A stretch of DNA of 64,000 nt from Corynebacterium sp. (GTDB taxonomy: Bacteria > Actinomycetota > Actinomycetes > Mycobacteriales > Mycobacteriaceae), in contig NZ_JAUNUG010000006.1 in the NCBI RefSeq assembly GCF_030538285.1, positions 1,964 to 65,963 on the forward strand, given 5' to 3'. Positions 23,001 to 30,845 of the stretch are shown here, one piece after another. A program made the position numbers and the translations under genes. Below the pieces are notes generated by a model. The model ran no database searches, had not been told where the DNA came from, and saw only the letters and a program-made list of their open reading frames with translations. Every line of letters begins with the position of its first letter. The stretch's first letter is position 1.

Positions 23001-26000
23001 CCTGGTTTCCCGCGAGCTCGGTTCCGATTGGCCGCGCCAGGTCGCCCCGAGCTTTGACGCCAACAAGGCCGTGCTTCTCGACGACCGCTGGGCCTCCGCC
23101 CGCGAGGACCTCACCCGCATCGCCCTGGGCGAGCTGGATGCCGCGCACGTGGATGTCACCGGTGCCGGCGAGAACGTCGCCAAGCAGGCCGAGTTCCTGG
23201 GCCTGAGTGAGCTGGCCGCCCAGGCGCGTAACACCCATGCCCTGGCCTACTCCGAGGACGTTGCCGTGGTCACCGGCGCCTCCCCCAACTCGATCGCCGC
23301 CGGCGTCGTCGCCGAGCTGCTGGCCGGTGGGGCCACCGTCGTGGTCACCACCTCCAGCCTGTCCCACTCCCGCCTGACGTACTACAAGAACCTGTACGCC
23401 ACGTCCGCCCGCGGCACCGCCGCCCTGTGGGTCGTGCCCGCCAACCTGAGCTCCTACACGGACCTCGACGGCGTCATCGAGTGGATCGGCAACGAGCAGA
23501 CCGCCACGGTCAATGGTCAGAAGAAGGTCCTTAAGAAGGCCCTCATCCCGACCCTGCTGTTCCCCTTCGCCGCCCCGCGCGTCATGGGTTCGCTGGCCGA
23601 CGCCGGCCCCGCCGCCGAGTCCCAGATGCGCCTGCTGCTGTGGGCCGTCGAGCGCCTCATCGCGGGCCTGTCCGAGATCGGCACCGACACCCACGTGGGC
23701 AAGCGTCTCCACGTCGTGCTCCCGGGTTCCCCGAACCGCGGCCGCTTCGGTGGCGACGGCGCCTACGGCGAGTCCAAGGCCTCCCTGGACGCCCTGGTCA
23801 CCCGCTGGCACGCCGAGCCGGTGTGGGGCGATCGCACCAGCCTCGTCCACGCCTTCATCGGCTGGGTCCGCGGCACCGGACTCATGGGCGGCAACGACCC
23901 GCTCGTCGAGACCATCGAGGCCAAGGGTGTGAAGACCTTCTCCAACGAGGAGATGGCGCAGCTGCTCGTCTCCCAGATCACCGACGACGTTCGCGCCGAG
24001 GCCGCCCAGACCCCGGTCATCGTCGACTACACCGGTGGACTCGGCGAGTCCGACGTCAACATCTCCCAGCTCGCTGCGGAAGCGGCGGCTGAGGCGGCGG
24101 ACGTCGATAAGCAGGAGGTGGAGGAACCCCGCACCCTCACCGCCCTGCCGACCCCGTACCGCCGCTTCGAGTGGACCGCCCCCGACTTCAGTGGTGTGAC
24201 CACCAAGCTGGAGGACATGATCGTCATCGTCGGCGCCGGCGAGGTGGGCCCCTACGGCTCCGCCCGCACGCGTTTCGACGCCGAGCTCACCGGCGACCTC
24301 ACCGCCGCCGGCGTCATCGAGCTCGCCTGGACCATGGGCCTGATCCGTTGGGATGGCGGCGCCTGGTACGACGCCGACGACCAGGAACTCGCCGAGGAGG
24401 AGATCTACGAACGTTTCCACGACGAGGTGCTGGGCAAGGTCGGTGTCCGCCGCTACCACGACGACTTCTTCATGGTCGACAACCTCGCACCCGAGCTGAC
24501 CACCGTCTACCTGGACAAGGACCTCTCCTTCTCCGTCGCCTCCAAGGAGGAGGCCAAGACCTTCGTTGACACCGAGCCGGACCACACCTCCGCCTACTTC
24601 GACGAGGAGGCAGGGGAGTGGACCGTCGTCCGCCACGCCGGCTCCGCGGTCCGTGTCCCGCGCCGCACCACCATGTCGCGCTTTGTCGGCGGCCAGATCC
24701 CGGAGGGCTTCGACCCCTCCGTGTACGGCATCCCCGCCGACATGATCGACAACCTCGACCGCCTCGCACTGTGGAACCTCGTCTGCACCATCGACGCGTT
24801 CCTCGCCTCCGGCTTCACCCCGGCGGAACTGCTGCGTGAGGTCCACCCGGCCCGCGTGTCCTCCACCCAGGGCACCGGCATGGGTGGTGTCGAATCCATG
24901 CGCTCCCTCTACATCGACGGCCTGCTCGCCGAGCCGCGCGCGAACGACATCCTGCAGGAGGCCCTGCCCAACGTCGTCGCCGCGCACGTCATGCAGTCCT
25001 ACGTCGGTGGCTACGGCCAGATGATCCACCCGGTCGCCGCCTGCGCCACCGCGGCTGTCTCCGTCGAGGAGGGTTACGACAAGATCGCCCTGGGCAAGGC
25101 CGACTTCGTCGTCGCCGGCGGCCTGGATGACCTCTCCATTGAGGGCATCACCGGCTTCGGTGACATGGCGGCCACCGCCGACTCCACCGAGATGGAGAAC
25201 AAGGGCATCGAGCACCGCTACTTCTCCCGTGCCAACGACCGTCGCCGCGGTGGCTTCATCGAGTCCGAGGGTGGCGGCACCGTGCTGCTGGCCCGTGGTA
25301 CCGTCGCCGCCGACCTCGGCCTGCCGGTCCTGGGTGTCGTCGCCTTCGCCGAGTCCTTCGCCGACGGCGCGCACACCTCCATCCCGGCTCCGGGCCTTGG
25401 TGCCCTGGGTGCCGCCCGCGGTGGCGCGGACTCGCGTCTGGCGCAGCAGCTGGCTGCCGTGGGTGTGTCCGCGGATGATGTCGCCATCATCTCCAAGCAC
25501 GACACCTCCACCAACGCCAACGACCCGAACGAGTCCGACCTGCACGAGCGCATCGCCGCCTCCATCGGGCGTGCTGACGGCAACCCGCTGTACGTCATCT
25601 CCCAGAAGACGCTCACCGGCCACGCCAAGGGCGGTGCCGCCGCCTTCCAGATGATCGGCCTGACCCAGGTCCTGCGCTCCGGCATCGTCCCGGCGAACAT
25701 GTCCCTGGACACCGTCGACCCGGTTCTCGCCCAGCACCAGCACCTCGTGTGGCTGCGCCGCCCGCTTAACCTGACGGCGAAGGCCCCGAAGGCCGGCCTG
25801 GTCACCTCCCTCGGCTTCGGCCACGTGTCCGCCCTGGTCGCCATCGTCCACCCGGGTGCCTTCCTCGAGGCCCTGCGTAACGAGCGCGGCCAGGACGCCG
25901 CTGCCTCCTGGGCCGCCACCGCGACCGCCCGCGAGGAGAACGGCCTGCGCCGCATCGTCGACGCGATGTACGGCGGCGAGGCTCTCTACGAGCGCCCGGC

Positions 26001-26121
26001 CGACCGCAACCTCGGCGGCACCGGCGACGCCGTCAAGCCCCGCGAGGCCGCGATCCTCCTGGATCACGACGCCCGCCTCATCGACGGTGTCCTGCGCACC
26101 GGCGAGGAGATCCGCTCCTAG
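17044..26121 (+). CDS. fas: Type I multifunctional fatty acid synthase
   Basis: 3025 aa: acetyltransferase GHSQG, enoyl reductase GGHHS, dehydratase SGDRNPIH, malonyl/palmitoyl transferase GHSVGEY, ACP GVSSRRNQ, ketoreductase, ketosynthase VAACATA. Confidence 0.97.
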   Translation: MTEYSTSFGTDRLINRFDREPFALAFSGQGFDWLKTLRAAIAAGVGTAVTSLVDGAAAKLAPVADELAGTRPHGFDPIAWARAEENPAFDTAQAALSVPGIFAAQLAVLESLDRQGLELEKAVTSVGHSQGKLGTLLLEGQAESDDLLAIAQLIGAAMTRTARITGLLKQGEASPMVSVMGITREQLQQAIDHACAEVPEELRPAIGLRNTRDTYVMVGRPQDLQAVEELLGKFAKRDAKAIENKERGGEPFNPRFNPLPIQIAFHHPAMQAAVEQTVAWAEKSGLDTAIAREAAQLVLTTPVDFPAELDSAIDAGARWILEVGPEGGMSPLTRRIIAGRGVGLLTVSDTEGQAELFDAGLAPSLPRDWSEFAPRLESRNGQIRLVTKFTEVTGYTPMTLPGMTPTTVDPKIVAAAANAGHWAELAGGGQVTEDVLHEHLEQLQDMLEPGVNAQFNSMFLNPYLWRMQVEGKRLVPRARANGAPIDGIIITAGMPPHDEAVALVRELRAANFPWVVFKPGAVKNIRQVLKIADDVEDTPIIIQVEGGKAGGHHSWEDLDELLIATYAEIRERDNVILVVGGGIGTPERAAEYITGSWSRKYDLPAMPTDGILIGTAAMATLESTASEAVKQALVDAPGTDEWAGAGREAGGVASGRSQLGADLYEIENSFAKAGRLLDEVAGDDAAAIARREEIIAAIDKTCKPYFGDVEAMTYAQWLNRYLEVSGPYQGEWTDVSWFNRFVDMVERAEARLGDLDHGQFEAQIEVDADNPQRAVDKLVEAYPFAERDLLHPADRSWFNKLLLNPGKPANFVPVIDGDVRRWWRSDSLWQAHDERYSADEVCIIPGTAAVAGITRANEPVAELLGRFNQASIDVLIDAGEQPVEVTDSIVERVLTAPGTYWAGRQQASYIERLGDTEQWTLAEDRSSATHATTGARLVAEDAEHAVLTVPLAGSTAAGTTTDLTIRFTVPADAPLSANPQVTAEDAEAAMAELTRVAAGGELAEVSATGAAQWTTTLDASHLADYDNVTAGYLPNELAAHGTAPDVLVGRAWPAVFAAVRSAVVPGTDSASVVEGMLSLVHLEHHLTMLRELPSVAEGAAQLHVTATADEVSDTDMGRLVVVRAQISADGEPLAKLSERFAIRGRNGKMTARTNTSALPSVVDTPRSFRAYARVVAPESMHPFAVVSGDRNPIHVSDTAAGLAGLPGVIVHGMWTSAIGELVAGAGYQDDSATTAPGRVVEYTATMLAPVLPGETIEFTVERAGVDNRPGHGEVRAVTATVNGNMVLTATAVMAAPTTFYGFPGQGIQSQGMGMDSRASSAAARETWDRADKHTRGKLGFSVLEIVKNNPTEVVVGGERFHHPDGVLFLTQFTQVAMATLGCAQIAEMREAEALNQRAYFAGHSVGEYNALAAYSGVLSLESVVEIVYRRGLTMHRLVERDAEGNSNYGLAALRPNKMRLTADNVFGYVQEMSEKTGEFLEIVNYNIAGVQYAVAGTRAGLAALKADAEEKAPGQRAFIMIPGIDVPFHSSHLRDGVGDFREHLDSLIPQEINLDILVNRYIPNLVARPFELTREFVESITEVVASPYIDEILADFDAAAANPVKLGRTLLIELLAWQFASPVRWIETQDLILRDLGIERFVEVGVGSAPTLANMLGQTLRLPQYAGSPIEVLNVERDRPVVFATDEIVREVAADVVPEAEEPAEKKSTAAPAPVTANAPTGDTVPATNPAPVAAAGAGTPDDIEFTPSDATEMLIAIWTKVRPDQMGATDSIETLVEGVSSRRNQLLLDLGVEFGLGAIDGAADAELAALKQTVTKMAKGYKAFGPVLGDSAADALRRITGPTGKKPGYIAERVTGTWQLGSGWADHVVAEVVIGAREGASLRGGDLATLTPATPSSASDLDALIDAAVQAVAARRGVAVGLPSAGGGAGGVVDSAALGEFAEQVTGKEGVLAETARTILSQLGISEVESHNLEDEGDEYAALFDLVSRELGSDWPRQVAPSFDANKAVLLDDRWASAREDLTRIALGELDAAHVDVTGAGENVAKQAEFLGLSELAAQARNTHALAYSEDVAVVTGASPNSIAAGVVAELLAGGATVVVTTSSLSHSRLTYYKNLYATSARGTAALWVVPANLSSYTDLDGVIEWIGNEQTATVNGQKKVLKKALIPTLLFPFAAPRVMGSLADAGPAAESQMRLLLWAVERLIAGLSEIGTDTHVGKRLHVVLPGSPNRGRFGGDGAYGESKASLDALVTRWHAEPVWGDRTSLVHAFIGWVRGTGLMGGNDPLVETIEAKGVKTFSNEEMAQLLVSQITDDVRAEAAQTPVIVDYTGGLGESDVNISQLAAEAAAEAADVDKQEVEEPRTLTALPTPYRRFEWTAPDFSGVTTKLEDMIVIVGAGEVGPYGSARTRFDAELTGDLTAAGVIELAWTMGLIRWDGGAWYDADDQELAEEEIYERFHDEVLGKVGVRRYHDDFFMVDNLAPELTTVYLDKDLSFSVASKEEAKTFVDTEPDHTSAYFDEEAGEWTVVRHAGSAVRVPRRTTMSRFVGGQIPEGFDPSVYGIPADMIDNLDRLALWNLVCTIDAFLASGFTPAELLREVHPARVSSTQGTGMGGVESMRSLYIDGLLAEPRANDILQEALPNVVAAHVMQSYVGGYGQMIHPVAACATAAVSVEEGYDKIALGKADFVVAGGLDDLSIEGITGFGDMAATADSTEMENKGIEHRYFSRANDRRRGGFIESEGGGTVLLARGTVAADLGLPVLGVVAFAESFADGAHTSIPAPGLGALGAARGGADSRLAQQLAAVGVSADDVAIISKHDTSTNANDPNESDLHERIAASIGRADGNPLYVISQKTLTGHAKGGAAAFQMIGLTQVLRSGIVPANMSLDTVDPVLAQHQHLVWLRRPLNLTAKAPKAGLVTSLGFGHVSALVAIVHPGAFLEALRNERGQDAAASWAATATAREENGLRRIVDAMYGGEALYERPADRNLGGTGDAVKPREAAILLDHDARLIDGVLRTGEEIRS

Positions 26122-26133
26122 CGGACAACGCTG

Positions 26134-26168
26134 AAGGCCCGCACTTCCCATGGGGGAGTGCGGGCCTT
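26134..26168 (+). terminator. Terminator hairpin after fas
   Basis: AAGGCCCGCACT...AGTGCGGGCCTT followed by GTAGTTTT. Confidence 0.8.
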
Positions 26169-26308
26169 GTAGTTTTAGGGGGGGAAATGGGGGTGAATTG
26201 TCATGAATTTTGCAGGCTGAAACGTACACCGGCGATGATAGGTATACACTTTTCCGGTGGGAAGTTCATATGTTCCCTTAGCAGCCTAAGTAAATATGAG
26301 GAAAAGTA

Positions 26309-28876
26309 ATGGTCATTCATCACCGGGTGTCCCGCACGCTAATCGCAGTGCTGGTCATTGCCGCTATGGTCCTAGGGATCATGGGTGCTCAAGCGCCTAA
26401 GGCTCAGGCGGTTCCTGTCCAGCCCACGGGTATCGACTTCTCTCTAACCGACCCCAATGGTCAGACTGTAGGAAACCTCGCTCCGAACACCCCCTACAAG
26501 TTCCGCTTCGAGTTCACCGTCCCCGACGGAACTCAGCCCGGTGATCACTTCACCGTGACGCTGCCACCCGAGTTCAGCGTCGTATCCAACTCGGCTACAG
26601 ATCTCGGCGGTGGTACCGCCGCAACCGTGAACGCGAACGAGGTGACTGTCACCTTCGGCGAGGGAATCGGCGGTCTGGTCGGTATCCGCGGCGGCTTCGA
26701 GATCATCGCCCAGTACAACCACACTGGTACCGATGACGCCGACGTCAACGTCAAGGTGACGCTCGGCAACGAGACCCTCTATGAACAGGTCCACAAGGGT
26801 GCTGGCCCGCCACCAGCCCCGCCGATGGCCATCAATAAATGGTCCGGTTACAGCACGGCGCCGACCAATGTTCGGACCGCCACTTCCCTGAAACTGCAGA
26901 CCCCGAGGTACAACTACCAGTGGATCAACCCCGTCGAGGGACAGGTCTTCGCCCATTGGTTCATCGAGTTGAACAACTGGCACGGCGAAAACCCGCCAGC
27001 CAACATCGGCCAGGATATCGTCATCACTGACCGTATCGCGGGCATGCCGGCGGGGTTCACCCCCGGCGTGAAGGCTCAGGAGGAGGGCTCACTCACCCAG
27101 GCGCAGCTCGACGAGCAGCTCAACGGCTACTACCTGCAGAATTTTGTCAGTGTCGCTGTGCGAGACAATGGACAAACCACCACTTATCCGGCGCTTAATA
27201 GTCTGGGGCAGACGCTGCCATTCATCACCTTCACCGGTGATGCCTTTGAGTTCCGGGTATCTGAGTACCTGGCATCCATCGGTGTGACCCCTTCCGACAC
27301 CGCGCAGTACGCGATCAACTACTACACACTGGTACCGGCTGTCGATGCCAACGTCACCAACACAGCGACCATGATTTCCGATGAGCATCCGAACGGGGCC
27401 AGTGATTCGGGTTGGTACCAAACGGTCGACGCCACCGGTTGGATCTACGGTGAGCAGCCGACCACTTCCCTGAAGGTGACAAAGGAATGGGTGGACTGGG
27501 ACACTTCTGTCGCTGGGCCTACCCCGGCTGTGCAGTTCGAGTTGCTGGCCGATGGTCAGCCGGCCCGTGATCTTCATCGTGAACTCATCCCTGCCCTCCA
27601 GCTCGGTGAAGGTGCTACCGAGGGGCAGTGGGACAATCTTCCGACACAGTCCGCGAGGAACGTGCCGATCGTCTATTCGGTGAAGGAGGTCACCATCGAG
27701 GGGTATGCCTCCGAGGTGAGCGGTACCTTTACCACCGACCTGACTGATCTGGCAAACATTCCCGCCGGCGCAATCACGGTAACGAACACCAAGACCCCGG
27801 ATGCCCCGATGACCTCCATTATCGTGACCAAGGTCTGGGAGGGACTCGCTGCTGGTGAGGAAGCCCCCGAGGTCGCCTTCACTCTGCTGGCCACTGTCGA
27901 GGATGCCCCGGAGGACTTCGTGGCGATCCCGGCCCGCGAGGCGATCCTGACCCCAGGCAACACTACTGCCCGCTGGGATAACCTTCCGGTGCAGACGGAG
28001 GATGGGCGCGCGATCATCTACAAGGTGGAGGAAGTCACCGTTCCGGGCTTCACTTCCGTTGTCTTCCCGGAGAGTTACACCCCGGACCCGGAGGCAATCG
28101 TCGACGGTGAATTCATCGTCACCAACACCAAAACCCCGGACACCCCGGTGGATCCGGGCGCCCCGGTGACGGAACTGACCGTTGAGAAGATCTGGGAGGG
28201 TGTTGACGCCGCCGTGGCGCCGGCCATCGCCTTTACCCTGCTGGCCAACGGTTCGCGTGTAACCGACGGGGAGGGCAACATCCTCGCCCCGGTGACGCTG
28301 CAGCCGGGCACCACCACCCACACCTGGGATAACCTCCCTGCTGTGGACGCGGACGGTGAGCCGATCGAGTACTCCGTCATCGAAGCCCCCCTGAACGGCT
28401 ATGACACCGAGTACAGCGGTACCTACACCCCAGATGTTACCGACGTCGACAACATCGAGGCCGGCACCATCACCGTCACCAACACGAAGGACGACGAGTC
28501 GGAGGGCCCCGTGCCCGGCAGCTCTATCCCGTGGTGGCCGCTGATCCTCATCCCGCTGATCCCGCTCATCGGTGGTTCCAGCACGAGCTCTGCCCCGGTC
28601 CCGGATTCTGCGCCGACTCCGACCCCGCAGACCCCGGATGCGCCGACTGCCGAGCAGCCGAAGACCGACACCCCGGATCCGAAGGCTGAGCAGCAGCGCA
28701 TCATAAAACAGCAGCAGACCGCGGCCCCGGCCAAGCCAGCCTCTGTTCCCTCCAAACAGGCGCCGCAGCGCACTCTGGCCAACACGGGTGCCGAAACCTT
28801 GGCCCTCGGCGCCCTCGCCCTGGCCCTGGTGATCGGTGGTGCGGGAGTACTTCTCCTGCGTCGTCGTAACGCTTAG
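26309..28876 (+). CDS. Sortase-anchored surface adhesin with Ig-like N-domain and three Cna-B-type repeats
   Basis: Signal peptide ending AQA; three repeats V[TE]KxW...WDNLP...Y.V.E...VTNTK; C-terminal LANTG, hydrophobic helix and RRRN tail. Confidence 0.88.
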   Translation: MVIHHRVSRTLIAVLVIAAMVLGIMGAQAPKAQAVPVQPTGIDFSLTDPNGQTVGNLAPNTPYKFRFEFTVPDGTQPGDHFTVTLPPEFSVVSNSATDLGGGTAATVNANEVTVTFGEGIGGLVGIRGGFEIIAQYNHTGTDDADVNVKVTLGNETLYEQVHKGAGPPPAPPMAINKWSGYSTAPTNVRTATSLKLQTPRYNYQWINPVEGQVFAHWFIELNNWHGENPPANIGQDIVITDRIAGMPAGFTPGVKAQEEGSLTQAQLDEQLNGYYLQNFVSVAVRDNGQTTTYPALNSLGQTLPFITFTGDAFEFRVSEYLASIGVTPSDTAQYAINYYTLVPAVDANVTNTATMISDEHPNGASDSGWYQTVDATGWIYGEQPTTSLKVTKEWVDWDTSVAGPTPAVQFELLADGQPARDLHRELIPALQLGEGATEGQWDNLPTQSARNVPIVYSVKEVTIEGYASEVSGTFTTDLTDLANIPAGAITVTNTKTPDAPMTSIIVTKVWEGLAAGEEAPEVAFTLLATVEDAPEDFVAIPAREAILTPGNTTARWDNLPVQTEDGRAIIYKVEEVTVPGFTSVVFPESYTPDPEAIVDGEFIVTNTKTPDTPVDPGAPVTELTVEKIWEGVDAAVAPAIAFTLLANGSRVTDGEGNILAPVTLQPGTTTHTWDNLPAVDADGEPIEYSVIEAPLNGYDTEYSGTYTPDVTDVDNIEAGTITVTNTKDDESEGPVPGSSIPWWPLILIPLIPLIGGSSTSSAPVPDSAPTPTPQTPDAPTAEQPKTDTPDPKAEQQRIIKQQQTAAPAKPASVPSKQAPQRTLANTGAETLALGALALALVIGGAGVLLLRRRNA

Positions 28877-28889
28877 GCTTTGACGCCGC

Positions 28890-28923
28890 AAGGCCCGCAC
28901 TCCTTAGAGGATGCGGGCCTTTC
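28890..28923 (+). terminator. Terminator hairpin after the adhesin, near copy of the fas terminator
   Basis: AAGGCCCGCACT...ATGCGGGCCTTT. Confidence 0.78.
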
Positions 28924-28947
28924 GCCTGCTCGGGCACAATGGAGCGC

Positions 28948-29358
28948 ATGCATCACATCGGTGTCGACATCGTTCACGTCCCGGGTTTCCGCGAGCAACT
29001 GGAGCGGCCCGGCTCGCGCTTCGAGGACGTGTTCACCGTCCTGGAGCTGCGCGTGGCGGGGCAAAAGCCCGACCGCGCCCTGCACCTGGCAGGGCGGTGG
29101 GCGGCGAAGGAGGCGTTCATCAAGGCCTGGTCGCAGGCGATTTACGGGCGACCACCCGTGATCAGCCCTGACCTCGTCGACTTCCGGGAAATCGAAATTC
29201 AGCCTGATAGGTGGGGGCGGGTGGGCGTCGAGAAGCGGGGCGAGGTGGCACGCGCCGTGGCGGACAGCCTGGGGGAGATCACCACCAGCCTGTCAATCAG
29301 CCACGACGGTGACTACGCCATCGCCACCTGCCTTATCGACGTCGCGGTTCCGGCGTGA
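28948..29358 (+). CDS. acpS: Holo-ACP synthase (phosphopantetheinyl transferase)
   Basis: IGVDIV, AGRWAAKEAFIKA, SISHDGDYA; CACAAT -10 seven nt before ATG 28948. Confidence 0.95.
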   Translation: MHHIGVDIVHVPGFREQLERPGSRFEDVFTVLELRVAGQKPDRALHLAGRWAAKEAFIKAWSQAIYGRPPVISPDLVDFREIEIQPDRWGRVGVEKRGEVARAVADSLGEITTSLSISHDGDYAIATCLIDVAVPA

Positions 29359-29887
29359 CAGTCCCTTCCACGTAGGTGACTGTGTCGCCCGCATGCGTGC
29401 ACTCCAGCTCGTTGGCGCTGAGCGCTTCGCAGCGCACGTCACGGAACTCAACGAACTCGCCCTCTTGGAGGACATAGGAATTCGGCGGCGCATGGCCGGT
29501 GGCGAAATTATGCGCCCAGAAGATGCCGCCCTCGTCGAAGGCGATGGCATTGGCTTCCGCAGTGGGGCCGGCGACCGTATCGATAATCGGCGGATCCGCC
29601 AGCGACACCGTGCACAGTCCCAGCCCATCCTTCTCGGGCCCGTACAACCAGCAGATGCCCTGGGAATCGGGGGTGAGGAAAATGGCGTCACCGTTGCCGA
29701 TCAATGTCAGCTCGGTGACGTCCACCAACCCGTCGGGCGCGACGGGCACGGAATCAGTGACGACGATCTCCGTCGTCGGTGCCGCCTCCGTCACGGTGAC
29801 GGGCGGCTCCGGCGCGGGCTCCGCAGTGGCGCATGCGCTTAAGGTGACGGCCGTGCAGGCGATCACCAGCAGGCGGCGGGGGATCAT
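29333..29887 (-). CDS. Putative lipoprotein
   Basis: Lipobox LSAC after a hydrophobic signal, Pro/Thr linker, four further cysteines. Confidence 0.75.
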   Translation of the reverse strand: MIPRRLLVIACTAVTLSACATAEPAPEPPVTVTEAAPTTEIVVTDSVPVAPDGLVDVTELTLIGNGDAIFLTPDSQGICWLYGPEKDGLGLCTVSLADPPIIDTVAGPTAEANAIAFDEGGIFWAHNFATGHAPPNSYVLQEGEFVEFRDVRCEALSANELECTHAGDTVTYVEGTVTPEPRRR

Positions 29888-29889
29888 GG

Positions 29890-30018
29890 CTATTCGTCGT
29901 TGTCCTCGTCCTGCTCGTTAGCCGGCGGGTTCTCGGCGACCTTGTGGTCGTCCTCGGGGTGCTGCGGCGGGGCCTCGGAGTCGGCGATGGGGGCGGGGTT
30001 CTTCGGATCGGTAGTCAT
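29890..30018 (-). CDS. 42-aa acidic small protein (not in ORF track)
   Basis: MTTDPKNPAPIADSEAPPQHPEDDHKVAENPPANEQDEDNDE; TAGAAT -10 seven nt before ATG; GC-rich third codon positions. Confidence 0.6.
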   Translation of the reverse strand: MTTDPKNPAPIADSEAPPQHPEDDHKVAENPPANEQDEDNDE

Positions 30019-30051
30019 GGGGGCTATTCTACTCGCGTCATGTGTTCGGCG

Positions 30052-30351
30052 TCACGGGATTTCGGTGATCGCCCGCAGTGCGGCGAGGTGCTCACGCCAG
30101 GCAGCTTCACCCTCCTTCGTCAGTGACAGCCTGGTTTGCGGGCGCTTGCCCACGAACGACTTCTTCACTTTCACCAATCCCAATTCCTCCAGCGCGGAAG
30201 AGTGCTTCGACAAGGTTGGGTCTGTGGTCTGCAAGTAGTCTTTCGCGTCCTTGAACGTGATCTCCGAGACCCCGGCGAGAGTGGCCATGAGTGAGAAACG
30301 TAGCGGGTTGGTGAATGTCGGATTGAGCTGTGTGCGGGGATGGTCGCCCAC
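30052..30351 (-). CDS. Small winged-helix transcriptional regulator
   Basis: PLRFSLMATL...TDPTLSKHSSALEELGLV...GKRPQTRLSLT; GTG start right after the upstream gene's stop. Confidence 0.8.
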   Translation of the reverse strand: MGDHPRTQLNPTFTNPLRFSLMATLAGVSEITFKDAKDYLQTTDPTLSKHSSALEELGLVKVKKSFVGKRPQTRLSLTKEGEAAWREHLAALRAITEIP

Positions 30352-30353
30352 GG

Positions 30354-30794
30354 CTACTTCACGCCCTTCTTCAGGGCGGTGACCTCCCACACCAGGCCGA
30401 TGACGGCGGCGGCAAGGAAGGCGGCGGCCACGGCGGTGCCGTGGCCGAGGGTGAAGTGGCTGTTGAGGATGGTGGTGGCTGCCCACAGGATGACCCAGAC
30501 GACCATCATGATGAACCAGCGGGAACCGAATCCGCGGCGCGTGGGCGGGGAGGTGGCGGTGGCGCCGGCGGTGAAGACGACGCCGACGAGGATCCAGAGC
30601 CCACCGGCCAGCCAGGCAGGAAGGGTGGGGGTGCTGGTGACGTTGGCGTAGGCCAGGCCGACGGCGGTGATGGCGCCGCCCGCGCACAGGGCGAGGTAGC
30701 ACAGCCAGGCGAGGGCGAAGCCGGCGGCTTGGCGGGAGGTGGACTCAGCGCGATCGAGGAGTTCGCGGGCGTCGTGTGCGTTGGGAGTGTCCAT
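30354..30794 (-). CDS. Four-helix membrane protein
   Basis: Four hydrophobic segments; TAGACT -10 seven nt upstream. Confidence 0.75.
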   Translation of the reverse strand: MDTPNAHDARELLDRAESTSRQAAGFALAWLCYLALCAGGAITAVGLAYANVTSTPTLPAWLAGGLWILVGVVFTAGATATSPPTRRGFGSRWFIMMVVWVILWAATTILNSHFTLGHGTAVAAAFLAAAVIGLVWEVTALKKGVK

Positions 30795-30808
30795 GAGACT
30801 AAGTCTAG

Positions 30809-30839
30809 GAAAGTACTTTCCACTTTGGCAAGTACTTTC
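30809..30839. promoter_or_regulatory. Palindromic operator-like site
   Basis: GAAAGTACTTTCCA-CTT-TGGCAAGTACTTTC: 14-bp arms with one mismatch, each arm itself palindromic. Confidence 0.6.
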
Positions 30840-30845
30840 TTTGGC

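Noticed and set aside
26178-26194. G7 and G5 runs upstream of the adhesin as a phase-variable promoter or RamA site
   Set aside because: The runs are too short for frequent slippage, and such G-runs are common in GC-rich DNA.
18169-26229. Very long minus-strand ORFs (1059 and 1625 aa) opposite fas
   Set aside because: Antisense shadows caused by strong C/G third-position bias; no recognisable domains. The same applies to shadows of ettA, ctiP and the transporter gene.
27460-28490. Repeated DNA segments in the adhesin (ACCAACAC.AA.ACCCCGGA, TGGGATAACCT) as a possible CRISPR array
   Set aside because: Period is about 340 nt and in frame, matching protein domain repeats; there is no repeat-spacer structure and no cas gene.
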